From NCBI GenBank assembly GCA_963775425.1, contig CAVZJB010000016.1, positions 736,001 through 800,000 on the forward strand: a stretch of 64,000 bases of DNA, given 5' to 3'. Every line of letters begins with the position of its first letter. Position 1 is the stretch's first letter. The stretch is from an uncultured delta proteobacterium. GTDB taxonomy: Bacteria > Myxococcota > UBA727 > VGSZ01. The position numbers and the translations under genes are program-made. Under the pieces are notes generated by a model. That model saw only the letters and a program-made list of their open reading frames with translations. It was not told where the DNA came from and ran no database searches. Below, one piece after another: positions 46,401 to 57,019 of the stretch.

Positions 46401-48203
46401 ATGGCCAAGAGCGTCTACGAGCTTTTCCAGAACACTGTCGCCACGCGGAAGGACAAGGTCGCCGCGCAGGTCAAGGCCGGCGGCGCCTGGCGCGACATCA
46501 CCTGGGGGGAGCTCGACAAGCAGGCGCGCGCCGTCGCCGCCGGCCTCGTCAAGATCGGGGTGCAGCCCAAGCAGATGGTGTCGGTCATGTCCAACACCTG
46601 CATCGAGTGGATCGCCGCCGACCTCGGCATCCTCGGCGCCGGCGCCACCACGGTGCCGGTCTACCAATCCAACACCCCCGAGGACGTCGCGTACATCCTG
46701 AACGACGCCGGCAGCGTCGCGATCATCGTCGAGGACGACGTCCAGCTCAAAAAGATGCGGAACATCAAAGCCGAGGTTCCCCAGATCAAGAAGGTCATCG
46801 CCTTCAAGGGCACCGTCGAGGGGCCCGACGAGATCTCGTGGGAGCAGTTCCTGAAGGACGGCGAGGCGTACCTCGCGGAGCACGAGGCCGAGGTCAAGAC
46901 GCGCGCCGACACGCTCACCCCCGACGACGTGCTCACGCTCATCTACACCTCGGGCACCACGGGCAAGCCCAAGGGCGCCATCATCACCCACGACAACATG
47001 CTCTACGAGAGCGACGCCACGCAGAAGATCGGCATCATCTCGCCCGACGACATCGAGTACTTCTTCCTGCCCATGGCCCACGTCTTCGCCAAGGTGCTCG
47101 AGGCCGCGTGGCTGCGCGCGGGCCACACCATGTCGTTTTGGGAGGGCGACCTGAAGAAGATCGTGGACAACCTCGGCGAGGTGCGGCCCACGGTGATGTG
47201 CGCGGTGCCGCGCATCTTCGAGAAGGTCTACGCCAAGGTCGTCAGCGACGTCGACGCCACCCCCGGCCTCGCGGGCAAGATCGCCCGGTGGGGCCTCGAG
47301 CAGGGCGCGCGCGCGGCCAAGGTGGAGCAGGCGGGCGGCAGGCCCGGCGGCCTCGGCTGGTCGCTGGCGCAGAAGCTCGTGTTCGCCAAGCTCCACCAAA
47401 AGCTCGACGCGCGCTTCGGCGGGCGCATGCGCTTCTTCATCTCCGGCGGCGCGCCGCTGTCCAAGGACATCGCGTTCTTCTTCAAGTACGCGGGCTTCAA
47501 GATCTGCGAGGGCTACGGCCTCACGGAGACGTCGGCGGCGAGCTGCGTCAACCTGCCCGACGACCTCCGCATCGGCACCGTCGGCCGGGCCATCCCCGGC
47601 ACCGAGGTGAAGATCGCGGGCGACGGCGAGATCCTCATTCGCGGCCGCGGCGTGATGAAGGGCTACCACAACAAGCCCGAGGCCACCGCCGACGCCATCG
47701 ACGGCGACGGCTGGTTCCACTCCGGCGACATCGGCGTCATCGACAAGGACGGCTTCGTCAAGATCACCGACCGCAAGAAGGACATCATCGTCACCGCGGG
47801 CGGGAAGAACGTCGCGCCGCAGAACCTCGAGAACCTGCTCAAGTCCAAGAGCCCGCTCATCTCGCAGGCGGTGGTGCACGGTGACAAGCGCAAGTTCCTC
47901 TCGGTGCTCATCACCGTCGACGAAGAGGGCGTCACCAAGTGGGCGAAGGACAAGGGGCTCGGCGGCGACTACAAGGCCGTGACGCAGTCCAAGGAGCTGA
48001 ATGCCGCCATCGGCGGCGTCGTCAAGGACGTGAATTCGTCGTTGGCGAGCTACGAGACGTTGAAGAAGTTCAAGATCCTCGACCACGACTTCATCGTGGG
48101 CGACCAGCTCACGCCGAGCCTCAAGGTGAAGCGCAAGCTGTGCAACGAGCGCTACAAGGACATCTTCGACGACTTCTACGCCGAAGCGGGAGGTGCCGGT
48201 TGA
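46401..48203 (+). CDS. fadD: Long-chain fatty acid-CoA ligase (AMP-forming)
   Basis: IYTSGTTGKPKG, EGYGLTET, FHSGDIG, ITDRKKDIIVTAGGKNVAP. Confidence 0.92.
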   Translation: MAKSVYELFQNTVATRKDKVAAQVKAGGAWRDITWGELDKQARAVAAGLVKIGVQPKQMVSVMSNTCIEWIAADLGILGAGATTVPVYQSNTPEDVAYILNDAGSVAIIVEDDVQLKKMRNIKAEVPQIKKVIAFKGTVEGPDEISWEQFLKDGEAYLAEHEAEVKTRADTLTPDDVLTLIYTSGTTGKPKGAIITHDNMLYESDATQKIGIISPDDIEYFFLPMAHVFAKVLEAAWLRAGHTMSFWEGDLKKIVDNLGEVRPTVMCAVPRIFEKVYAKVVSDVDATPGLAGKIARWGLEQGARAAKVEQAGGRPGGLGWSLAQKLVFAKLHQKLDARFGGRMRFFISGGAPLSKDIAFFFKYAGFKICEGYGLTETSAASCVNLPDDLRIGTVGRAIPGTEVKIAGDGEILIRGRGVMKGYHNKPEATADAIDGDGWFHSGDIGVIDKDGFVKITDRKKDIIVTAGGKNVAPQNLENLLKSKSPLISQAVVHGDKRKFLSVLITVDEEGVTKWAKDKGLGGDYKAVTQSKELNAAIGGVVKDVNSSLASYETLKKFKILDHDFIVGDQLTPSLKVKRKLCNERYKDIFDDFYAEAGGAG

Positions 48204-49537
48204 AACGTCTCCACATGGGCGGCGCCTGGGCCCTCGTGGTGGCATGCGGCGTCGTCGGCGCCTCGGGCGTACACGCGGAGAAGTCACGGCGCATGACGGC
48301 GGACGCCGTCAAGCTCAAGGGCCTCACGCTGCAAAAGACCGTCGACGCCGACCTCGACGGGGACGGCCGCAAGGAGCTCCTCGGCGTCTGCACCGGACCC
48401 AAGGGCGTGCAGGTCGTGCTCATCGGCGAAGACGACGAGGGCGCGGTGGTCACGCAGGTGATGCCGCCGGCCCTCGGCAAGACGCTCGGCAGGGTGTGGG
48501 TGAAGTCGCTGGTGCCGCCCAAAGACAGCGCGCAGCTCCTCGTCGAGGTCTACGACGAGACCCCCGACGAGAAGGTCAAGCGCATCCGCATCTACGGCGG
48601 CGACGGCGGCGGCAAGGACGTGAAGATCAAGGAGATCTTCACGGCCAAGATCGAGCGCAGCAAGAGCGTCGACGACCGGCCCGAGTGGGAGACGGACAAG
48701 GACGTCATCCAGTACGGCGACGCGCGCGCGGGCTGGGTGTTCGAGGACCTCCAGGACGACGGCGTCATGGAGATCGCGGTGCGCCGCAACAGCAGCGCGC
48801 AGATCATCCGCATCCCCAAAGAGGGCGGCGGCGCCGTCAAGCTGCTCACCGGCGTGCGCGAGCGCGTCTGGTCGTGGGACGTCGACAAGGGCCGGTACAC
48901 CGAGGGCGCCGAGCGCCTGTACGACTTCCTCCCCGCGTACACCGTGACGAGCGTGGCGGCGTCGTCGGCGTGGGTGGAGCCGCATACGCTGAAGGAGCTC
49001 AAGGCGCAGGCGCTGTCGGACGCCCTGTCGACGGCGGCGGCGACGGACGCCACCGGCAAGGGCCCCGCCAAGAAGCTCACCGACGATCCCAAGGTGGACC
49101 TCACGCCGTTCATCCAGCCCGCCGCCGACGGCAAGCTCGAGACCGCGTGGATCGAGGACGCCAAGAACGACGGCAAGGGCGAGTGGGTCGACGTCACGCT
49201 CGACGGCGTCCACCCCATCCACATGGTTCGGCTGGTGCTCGGTTGTGTGAACACCAAGCGCGACTTTCGCTCGCACAACGTGCCGGAGAGCTTCCACATC
49301 CAGCTCGACAACGGCGCCGAGCAGGAGGTCGACCGCAGGAAGCGCGGCCACTTCGACGGGGAGATTCGCGCCTTCAGCGACAACCTGGTGAAGCTCTCCG
49401 ATCGCCCGTGGGCCAAGACCACGCTGGTGTTTTTCGACGGCAAAGAGGAAGCGAAGAAGGTACGAGTCATCCTCGGGAAGGCGATCCGTCAAGGCAGGGG
49501 CAACCAGACGTGCATCTCGGAGATCAGCGTGCATTGA
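48200..49537 (+). CDS. Secreted protein with an FG-GAP-like motif and a C-terminal discoidin-like (NADase-type glycan-binding) domain
   Basis: GGAGGT SD then TTG; signal peptide; DLDGDGRKEL; ADGKLETAWIE..GKGEW..TCISEI. Confidence 0.65.
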   Translation: MKRLHMGGAWALVVACGVVGASGVHAEKSRRMTADAVKLKGLTLQKTVDADLDGDGRKELLGVCTGPKGVQVVLIGEDDEGAVVTQVMPPALGKTLGRVWVKSLVPPKDSAQLLVEVYDETPDEKVKRIRIYGGDGGGKDVKIKEIFTAKIERSKSVDDRPEWETDKDVIQYGDARAGWVFEDLQDDGVMEIAVRRNSSAQIIRIPKEGGGAVKLLTGVRERVWSWDVDKGRYTEGAERLYDFLPAYTVTSVAASSAWVEPHTLKELKAQALSDALSTAAATDATGKGPAKKLTDDPKVDLTPFIQPAADGKLETAWIEDAKNDGKGEWVDVTLDGVHPIHMVRLVLGCVNTKRDFRSHNVPESFHIQLDNGAEQEVDRRKRGHFDGEIRAFSDNLVKLSDRPWAKTTLVFFDGKEEAKKVRVILGKAIRQGRGNQTCISEISVH

Positions 49538-49646
49538 GCGGCCACCACCGTCGTGGCGCGGCGGCTTGCCCGCCGCGGGGGACGAGCCCCCGCGCCACGC
49601 CGGAGTTGCCCGCTGCCATCCCTGACGGGCGCGGGGCGGTCATCGG

Positions 49647-50648
49647 GTGAACGACGTCGACGTGGCCGCGCGGCGCAAGCTCGACGAGATCCTGGTCTCG
49701 CGCCAGGTGATCCTCGTGACGGGCAAGGGCGGCGTCGGCAAGTCCGTCATCACGGCGGCGCTCGCCTTGCGCGCGCGCGCGCTCGGGCTGCGCCCGCTGT
49801 TGTTCGAGTGCGACGCCCCCGCGCGCCAGAGCCTCTTGCCCAAGGGGCGCCCGGCGTCCGACGAGGTCGAAGAGGTCGCGCCGGGCATCCTCGGCATCAA
49901 CCAGAAGAGCGACGACGCCATCCGCGACTACGCCGCCGCCACGCTGCCCTCGCGCGCCGTGGCCGACCTGCTCTTCGAAAACCGCATCGCGCGCATGTTC
50001 CTGCGCGCGTCGCCGTCGGTGAGCGAGATGGCGCTCGTCGGCCGCATCGCCATCCTGGCGGAGAAGTACGGCGCCGACGGCCCCATCGTCGTCGACCTGC
50101 ACGCCACCGGCCACGCGGTCTCGCTCCTGCGCGCGCCCGGCGGCATCATGAAGGTGCTGCGCACCGGCATCCTCTACGACCGCGCCAAGAAGATCGAAGA
50201 GCTGCTGCAGGACCCGCTGCGGACGGCGTTCGTCACCGTGGCGCTCCCCGAGGAGCTGCCCGTCACCGAGCTCCTCGAGCTGCACGAGACGTTGCGCGAG
50301 CTGTCGGCGCCCGAGGGCCCGGTGATCCTCAACGGGATGTTCGACGATCCCGCGCCCGACGTCGCCGACGACCTCCTCGAGCACGTCGGCAAAGGGCCGG
50401 CGCTCGCGAGGAACGCCGTCCGCGACCTGCAGGCGTTGCGCGCGTGGGCGCGGCGGTCGACGCGCGAGCACGATCGCCTGCTGCACGCGCTCGCAGAGAC
50501 GCGCGGCGCACCCGAGATGATCACGGTCCCCTTCTTCATCGACGACGGCGCCGCCAACGACCTGGTTCAGCGCATCGCCGACCACCTCGCGCGCCACACG
50601 GCGCCCCGGCCGGCCGCCGACAGAGCCGCGGGGGGGAAGCGCCCGTGA
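49647..50648 (+). CDS. ArsA/Get3-family ATPase, subunit 1 of a pair
   Basis: TGKGGVGKS, VDLHATGH, VALPEELPVTE. Confidence 0.85.
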   Translation: MNDVDVAARRKLDEILVSRQVILVTGKGGVGKSVITAALALRARALGLRPLLFECDAPARQSLLPKGRPASDEVEEVAPGILGINQKSDDAIRDYAAATLPSRAVADLLFENRIARMFLRASPSVSEMALVGRIAILAEKYGADGPIVVDLHATGHAVSLLRAPGGIMKVLRTGILYDRAKKIEELLQDPLRTAFVTVALPEELPVTELLELHETLRELSAPEGPVILNGMFDDPAPDVADDLLEHVGKGPALARNAVRDLQALRAWARRSTREHDRLLHALAETRGAPEMITVPFFIDDGAANDLVQRIADHLARHTAPRPAADRAAGGKRP

Positions 50649-51808
50649 CCACGTCGGAGGCCGCGGTCCACCACCTCGAGCGGCTGCTCTCCACGAGCCG
50701 GCTGCTCGTCGCCGTCGGCTCCGGCGGCGTCGGCAAGACCACCACCGCCGCCGCCCTCGCCATCGCGGCGGCGCGGCGCGGACGCAAGGCCGCCGTGTTG
50801 ACCATCGACCCCGCGCGACGGCTGGCGCAGGCGCTCGGCGTCGAGAAGATGGGCAACGAGCCGCGGCCCTTGGCGGCGGAGCTCGTGTCCCCCGGCTCCT
50901 GCGACGCCATGATGCTCGAGGCCCCCGAGGCCCTCGACGACCTCGTCGCCCGCCTGGTCCCGGACGAGCAGCGGCGCCAGCGGCTGTTCGAAAACCGCCT
51001 CTACCAGGTGATCGCGCGGCAGCTCGGCGGCACGCACGAGTACATGGCGGTGGAGCGGCTCTACGCGCTCATCACCGACGCCCGCTACGACATCGTGGTG
51101 CTCGACACGCCGCCCACGGTGAACGCCCTCGACTTCCTGGACGCCCCGGCCCGCATCGCCGCCTTCTTCTCGGACCGCATCACGCGCTTCTTCGTCCGCC
51201 ACAGCGAGGAGAAGAAAGGGATCATCCAGCGCATCCGCGACCGCGCCGGCGAGCTCGCGCTGAGCGTCCTCGGCAAGGCGCTCGGCGAGGGCTTCGTCGA
51301 GGAGCTCACCGACTTCGCCACCGCGTTTCAGGGCCTGTTCGCGGCGTTTCAGGAGCGCGGCCTCGCGGCGGAGAAGATCCTGCGCGACCCGCAGACCGCG
51401 TTCCTCGTCGTCAGCGGCGCCGACCCGGTGCGCGTCGCCGAGGCCGAGGAGTTCGCGCGCACCCTCACGAGCCTCGGCATCACCGCCCGCGGCTTCGTGG
51501 CCAACCGCGTTCACGGCTCGGCGAGCGTGGACGCGCAAGCGCACCTCGACGGCGGCGTGTTGAACGAGGCGTTGGTCGGCTTCCCCGGCGCGGCGTCCGT
51601 CGACAAGCTCGCCCTCGCGGAGGCGCTTCAGCGCGCCCAACGCCTGCGCGCGGCGCTCGCCCGGCGCGACCGCAAGGGGCTCGCGCGGCTCGCGGAGATC
51701 GCGGGCAAGGAGAAGCTGCTCGTGGTGCCCGAGCTCGACGACGAGGTCGGCGACCGCGGCGCCATCGAGCACCTGCTCGAAGCCATGCTCAAGCCGCGCG
51801 GACCGTAG
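50645..51808 (+). CDS. ArsA/Get3-family ATPase, subunit 2 of a pair
   Basis: GSGGVGKTT, TIDPARRLA, GTHEYMAVE, LDTPPT. Confidence 0.88.
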   Translation: MTTSEAAVHHLERLLSTSRLLVAVGSGGVGKTTTAAALAIAAARRGRKAAVLTIDPARRLAQALGVEKMGNEPRPLAAELVSPGSCDAMMLEAPEALDDLVARLVPDEQRRQRLFENRLYQVIARQLGGTHEYMAVERLYALITDARYDIVVLDTPPTVNALDFLDAPARIAAFFSDRITRFFVRHSEEKKGIIQRIRDRAGELALSVLGKALGEGFVEELTDFATAFQGLFAAFQERGLAAEKILRDPQTAFLVVSGADPVRVAEAEEFARTLTSLGITARGFVANRVHGSASVDAQAHLDGGVLNEALVGFPGAASVDKLALAEALQRAQRLRAALARRDRKGLARLAEIAGKEKLLVVPELDDEVGDRGAIEHLLEAMLKPRGP

Positions 51809-52965
51809 CCAGGCCGCGCCCCGCAGGCAGGCGGCGCGCGCGCCTGCGCTGCGAGAGCAACGCGAGCGACGCGAACAGCGACGCGAGGAGCGCGGCGTCG
51901 CCGAGCCTCGGCGGCCGCGACGCCGGCGGCGCGGTCACGCCGGCGAACGCGATGGGCGCCGCCAGAATCCGAGGGCGCCTTGGACGTGAAGGTGACGTCG
52001 GCGTCGAGGTCGGCGGGGGCCGCCACCGAGGACATCCGCGTGATGGTGTGCCCGTCGGGCACGAGGCCGGCGAGGACGCCGTCACCGAAGAGGTCGCCCG
52101 CCTTCGCCTTGGTCTCGACGACGAAGGCCTTGCCGCCCACCGCCGCCACGCCCTTCTTCACGGCGGCGGCGTAGTCGCTGTGCAGGAGGCCCGCGTCGAG
52201 CTGGGCGACGGTGAGCGCGGCGTAGGGGCTGTCGGGCGCGGTGCCGTCGGGGTCGTCGGTCGCGACGAAGATGGTGAACGCCATGGCGTCCGCGGCGCCG
52301 AGCGTGCTCATCTGCAGCGCGTACGCGCGGTGATCGCCGTCGAGCGTGAAGTGCACGCCGACGCGGGCGGCGCCGCTCGCGGTGTCGTTGCGCGTGAACG
52401 CGAGGAACGACAGGCCGCCGTTCACGTAGCCGTCGACGATCGCCTGGCCGCCGGCGGGGAGGACGAAGCCCTCCTGCGCGAGCCAGTCGGACACCGCGGC
52501 GCCCGTCTCCCCCGACACCCACTGCGCGCTCACCGGCCCGACGGCCACACGGTCACCGACGAGGACGCCGGTGTCTTCGGCCGCGAAGTCGCGCGAGCCG
52601 GACAGCGGGAGGCCGCAGCCGAAGCCGGGGTCGCCGCCGCCGTCGTCGCGGACGCCGACGACGGGGCGCGTGCGCGCCTCGAGCGCCGTGAGGGCCTCGT
52701 CGGACACCGGCTGCGGGTCGATGTCGGGCTCGCCGGGGACGGGCACGAGCACGCCGAAGGCGTTTCCGGCGTCGGGGACGTCGAGCGTGAGGACCACGCC
52801 CGTCTTTCCCCGGTCGACCACGAGGAGCGCCACCTGCCCGGCCTGCGCCACCGTCCCCGCCTCCGGCTGGAGCAGGCCCCCGCAGGCGCGCGCGCGGGCG
52901 GCGGGCCCGAGGACGGTGGCGGTGACGGCGACGACGGCGACGGCGGCAAAGGAGGAGGAGCGCAT
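51789..52965 (-). CDS. DUF2330-like secreted protein with a C-terminal membrane anchor (apparent one-base insertion near 51966)
   Basis: Signal peptide ending ARACGG; FGVLVPVP; DWLAQEGF; the TM plus basic tail LGDAALLASLFASLALLSQRRRARR lies in the adjacent frame. Confidence 0.7.
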
Positions 52966-53037
52966 GGCGTCCGTTCTTGCACCCCGCGGGCCACCGGCGC
53001 GAGCCCGGGCGGGCGGGCGGGGCCGCGGCGCGAGGGC

Positions 53038-54914
53038 TCAGTTTCCCGAGGCGTGCGATCCCGGCGCCGACAAATCCTCACCGAAGCGCGCCCGGTAGCG
53101 CGCGCGCAGGTCGGCGAGCGCGGGTCGGTCGTGTGCGCGTTCGAGCACGGCGGCGAGCGCCGTCCAGGTCGCGCGGGTCTCGGGGTCGAGCGCCAGGGCG
53201 CGCTCGAGCTCGGCCACCGCGGGCTTCATCCTGCCGCGCACGGCGTGGAGGAGCCCGGTGAGCGCGTGCGCCGCGACGACCTCGTCGTCCTTGGCGAGCG
53301 CGGCCGCGCAGGCGGCCTCGGCGTCCCCGAAGCGGCGCGCGACGAAGGCGACGTCGCAGCGCGCGGCGAGCAGGCCGGCGACGGCGCCCCAGCGCGCGAT
53401 GTCGTCGTCGATGCGCTTGCGCGCCGCGGCGGAGGTGTCGCCGGCGGCGCGCTCGACGGCGAGCACCTCCCGGGCGACGGCGGGCTCGTCGGCGGGCGCC
53501 ACCGCGCCGCGCGGCAGACCGGCGCGGCGCCGGCGAGGCGCACCCGCTCGCGCTCGTCGTCGCCCGCCGCGCCTGTGAGCGCGAGCGCGTCCTCGGCGAG
53601 GGTGAGGCGCCCGCGCACCCGCGCGACGGAGGCGACGTCGAGGAGCCCGTCGACGTCATGACCGGCAGGCGCCGGCCGCGCCGTGAGGACGGCGACGCGC
53701 GCGGCGGCGGTGTCGAACGCCTGCGCCTCCTCCGCGCCGTCTCCGCTGCGCACGGCGAAGCGCGCGGCGGCGGCGGCGGCGGCGAGGTCGTCGGGGCGGG
53801 CGGCGAGCGCGCGATCGCAGCGGGCCTTGCCGTCGAGCATGAAGACGCCGTCGCGGGAGGCGAGCGCGCACGCGAAGCGCAGCACGCGAGGGTCGGCGCC
53901 GTCCTCGTCGGCGAGCGGCCGGAGGGTGCGCCACGCGCCGGCGACGTCGCCGCTGCGGGCGGCGGCGACGGCCTCGTTGAACGCGCGCGCGGCGTCGGGG
54001 GCGAGGACGAGCACATCGGCGGGCGCCTGCCGCGCCTCGAAGACCTGGACGGCCTCGTCGACGCCGGCGGCATCGAGGCGATCGCGCCGCATCTTCACCT
54101 GCTCCTCGAGCTCCTTGGCGAGCGCGACGCGGGCGCCGTCGTCCGTGGCGCGCAGCCAGGCGAGGCCGCGCTCGAGGAGCGCGAGCGCGTCTTCGTCGAG
54201 GCGGTTCTGGTCGATGGAGTACGACGGGAACAGCACCACCTCGGGGTCGGTGACGTGGACGCCGCCGAGGTCGTGCGCGATCTCGTGCAAGAGGACGATG
54301 GCCGCCTTGTGACGCCGGCGGCGCGCGAGGAGCCCGGCCACCTCGTCGTCCGGCATGCGGTTGAGCGCGTCGGCGATGGCGCGCGCCTCGGCCGCGTCGT
54401 CGAGGGCGCGGACCACGGCGTAGCGCCCGAGGACGTCGGCGTAGCCGAGGCGGTGGAGGGCGTTGGTGACGACGGGGGCGGCGCCGATGAAGCCGACGAC
54501 GAGGTCGACACCGGCGGCGTCGTCGAGCCCGCGGAGCGCCTCGAGCGCGGCGGGGAGCTCCTCGCCGGCCGGGTCGCGCCCGGGCGGGAACGGCCGGATC
54601 TGGGCGAGCTCGAGCGACGCGCCGAGCTGCGCCTCGAGGATGGCGGAGGCGTCGTCGACGGTCTGGCGCAGCCGCGCGTCGGGGTCGCGGGTCGCCGAGC
54701 GGTACGCGTCGTCGACGTACGCGCGGATGCGGATGACGCCCCGGCGGGCGAGGGCCGCGGGGCGCGCCGGCGGCGCGAGGGACTCCGGCTCGAGGACGCG
54801 CGCGAACTCCCGCTGCTGGTCGACCGGCGACGCCGGCGTCGAGGCGCAGCCCGCCGCGAGGATCGCGAGCGCGACGCTCGCGGGCCTCCGTGCTCGGCGT
54901 CGTTCGCTCCCCAT
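53038..54914 (-). CDS. Metzincin-type zinc metalloprotease lipoprotein with TPR repeats (apparent one-base deletion near 53532)
   Basis: Lipobox LAAGC; HEIAHDLGGVH (HExxHxxGxxH); the TPR C-terminus continues in ORF 53038..53502. Confidence 0.75.
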
Positions 54915-54976
54915 TCCACCCCCTCGCCCCACCTTGACAGCCCACGCGGCACCGGACACGCTGCCGTCGACCACGT

Positions 54977-55052
54977 GGGGTCGTAGCTCAGCTGGGAGAG
55001 CGCTAGAATCGCACTCTAGAGGTCACGGGTTCGATCCCCGTCGGCTCCACCA
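54977..55052 (+). tRNA. tRNA-Ala (anticodon CGC)
   Basis: 76-nt cloverleaf, G3:U70 identity pair, CTAGA-ATCGCAC-TCTAG anticodon arm, GGTTCGATCC T-arm, encoded CCA. Confidence 0.97.
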
Positions 55053-55345
55053 ACGTTGATAGCCCGCCGGAGACGGCGGGCTTTCTTGTAAGCCAAAGCG
55101 CCGGCGGGCTTGCTCGCAGGCAAGTGCCAGAAATCCTGGCGCAAGATGCGGAGCAGCGGCTTCGATCCCTATCGCGCGCGGTTCGATCCCCGTCGGCTCC
55201 ACCAACGTTGATAGCCCGCCGGAGACGGCGGGCTTTCTTGTAAGCCAAAGCGCCGGCGGGCTTGCTCGCAGGCAAGTGCCAGAAATCCTGGCGCAAGATG
55301 CGGAGCAGCGGCTTCGATCCCTATCGCGCGCGGTTCGATCCCCGT
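55028..55345 (+). repeat. tRNA-linked tandem repeat: 152-bp unit x2 plus a 14-bp remnant
   Basis: ggttcgatccccgt begins at 55028, 55180 and 55332; each full unit holds the tRNA 3' 25 nt, the terminator and further hairpins. Confidence 0.93.
55061..55087 (+). terminator. Rho-independent terminator after tRNA-Ala (second copy at 55213-55239)
   Basis: AGCCCGCC-ggagac-GGCGGGCT-TTCTT. Confidence 0.8.
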
Positions 55346-55391
55346 GCGACGACGGGCGGGAACGCGCATCCAAGCGCCCAGAGGTGACGCC

Positions 55392-55607
55392 ATGGGCTAT
55401 TCGATGATCCCCCTGCTCATGCACAGCGATTCGATTTCCGCCGAAGCCCGCGACGCCGCGCGCGCCGTCTGTGACGCCCCCGCCACGGGGCGCACCGACA
55501 AGCGCATGGAGGCCGCGCGCGTGCTCTTCGAGGAGCTGCGCGGTGAGGGCCTCGACTGCGGCGAGGTGCTCGACCTCGTCGGGCTCCCCCGGGGCGCCTG
55601 CCCGTAG
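55392..55607 (+). CDS. Small hypothetical protein (71 aa)
   Basis: GAGGTG SD 5 nt before ATG; high GC3 codon usage. Confidence 0.6.
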   Translation: MGYSMIPLLMHSDSISAEARDAARAVCDAPATGRTDKRMEAARVLFEELRGEGLDCGEVLDLVGLPRGACP

Positions 55608-55617
55608 CCGTGGAGCG

Positions 55618-56914
55618 TCACGGGCTCTGTCGCATGAGCGTCGAGTAGATCCACCCATGCCACCCATGCTGCGGACGTGACCCGCTCACCCAGCTCTCCC
55701 AGTCGGGCTGCTGGTAGCGATCCGACATCACCTCGAACAGGCTGCCCGGCCATCCGCTCGGCGTGGGCATCTGAACGGTGTCGTCGCAGGGATACACGAG
55801 CCTCCAGGCGTCACCCGCGATCCCCGCCGGCAGGTGGTAGGGCCACTCGTCCGGGTGCTCTGCGTAGTGAAACTCCCGCGCGAGCGCGAGCGCAAAGCTG
55901 CGGCCCTCCGGAGACGTGTACGAAAAGAGGTCTTGTCCTGTCGCGTTCTCGATGATCTGCGCCGCCGTCGTCATCGAGGTGAGCGCGAAGAACGTGTACC
56001 ACATGCCGCTGTTGGTCCTCTTGTTCTCCTCGGGCAGCTCGCCGGCCGCGTTGATGTTGTTCCCGATGCGCACCTTGATGCGCTCGGCTTCGCTCGCAAG
56101 CGCGGCAGCGTCGCCGTGCAGCGCGTCCGCGGCCACCACGCCGAGCGTGCCCCAGTCGCCCCAGTTGTTGACGTGGTCCTTGATGGAGCTCGCGCTCGGA
56201 GAGAACACCTCATCGACCCACGCGAGGAACGCCGCGCGGCTCGCGGCGTCGAAGGCGTCGTCGTTGGCGACGAGGTCCGCCGCGTAGAGCAAAGGGATGC
56301 CGGTGTAGATGACGACCAGCGGGCCGTCGCTGCCGGAGACGCTGTGGTTCACGCCGGCCCAGGCGCTCAGGATCTCGACCGACTTGGCCGCGTACGCCTC
56401 TCTCTGCTCGCGCGTGCCCGCGAGCTGATAGCCGAGGGCGCAGGCGTATGCCGCCATCGCGTCCTGGCGCAGGCCCTCCTTGGCCGCCTGTGAGGCCGCA
56501 GGGTCCCCGTAATAAAACGGGATGTCGAAGTCCTCCGTCGCCGTCGGCGTCCGCGCGAGGGCGGCTTCGGCCTCGTCGAGGACCTGGTGGACGGCGCTCG
56601 CCCAAGGCTCCACACCGGCGTGCGCGCGCATGAAATCGAGCTGGGCCTCCGTGTGCAGCAGGCCGACGCCGGGGGCCCGCGGCGCATCGATCCCCTCCGG
56701 CGTCGCCGCCGGCGTCGCGCGTGTCGCCGCCGGCGTCGCGCGTGTCGCTGCCGGCGTCGCGCGTGTCGCCGCCCGCGTCCGCGGGCTCCGCGGCGCCCGC
56801 GTCGCGCGCATCGGGAGGCCCCGCGTCGTCGGCCGCGGCCGCGCTCGGCAGCGTCGCTGCAGAGGGACACGCCGCGCCGCCGGCGACGAGGGCGAAGACC
56901 CACGGAAAGACCAT
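55618..56914 (-). CDS. Alginate lyase-family (alpha/alpha toroid) secreted protein (apparent one-base insertion near 56693)
   Basis: AAYACALGY..YAAKSVEILSAWA, NNWGDWG, GMWYTFFAL; the signal peptide and DAG linker are in the adjacent frame. Confidence 0.75.
56702..56772. repeat. 21-bp tandem repeat (about 3 copies) encoding a DAGGDTR linker
   Basis: gtcgccgccggcgtcgcgcgt repeated. Confidence 0.8.
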
Positions 56915-57019
56915 CAAGTGCCGCACGGCCACCCCCGGCCGCCGGCTAACCCGTCCGTTTCCCCGGGTAAAGACATTCGTGACCATCCGGTCACCGTTCG
57001 TTCGCCCGGGCGCGACGCG

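Noticed and set aside
49647-51808. Arsenic-resistance operon
   Set aside because: No arsB, acr3, arsC or arsR, and the motifs match the paired non-arsenic subfamily.
55180-55204. Second tRNA gene
   Set aside because: Only the 3' 25 nt are duplicated; the upstream sequence cannot form the acceptor 5' strand, D-arm or anticodon arm.
56692-56695. Phase-variable homopolymer in the alginate lyase gene
   Set aside because: A 4-base run is too short for typical slipped-strand phase variation; sequencing error is more parsimonious.
54977-57000. Prophage or ICE integrated at tRNA-Ala
   Set aside because: No integrase, phage or conjugation genes, and I saw no distal att copy in the window; only local tandem duplications.
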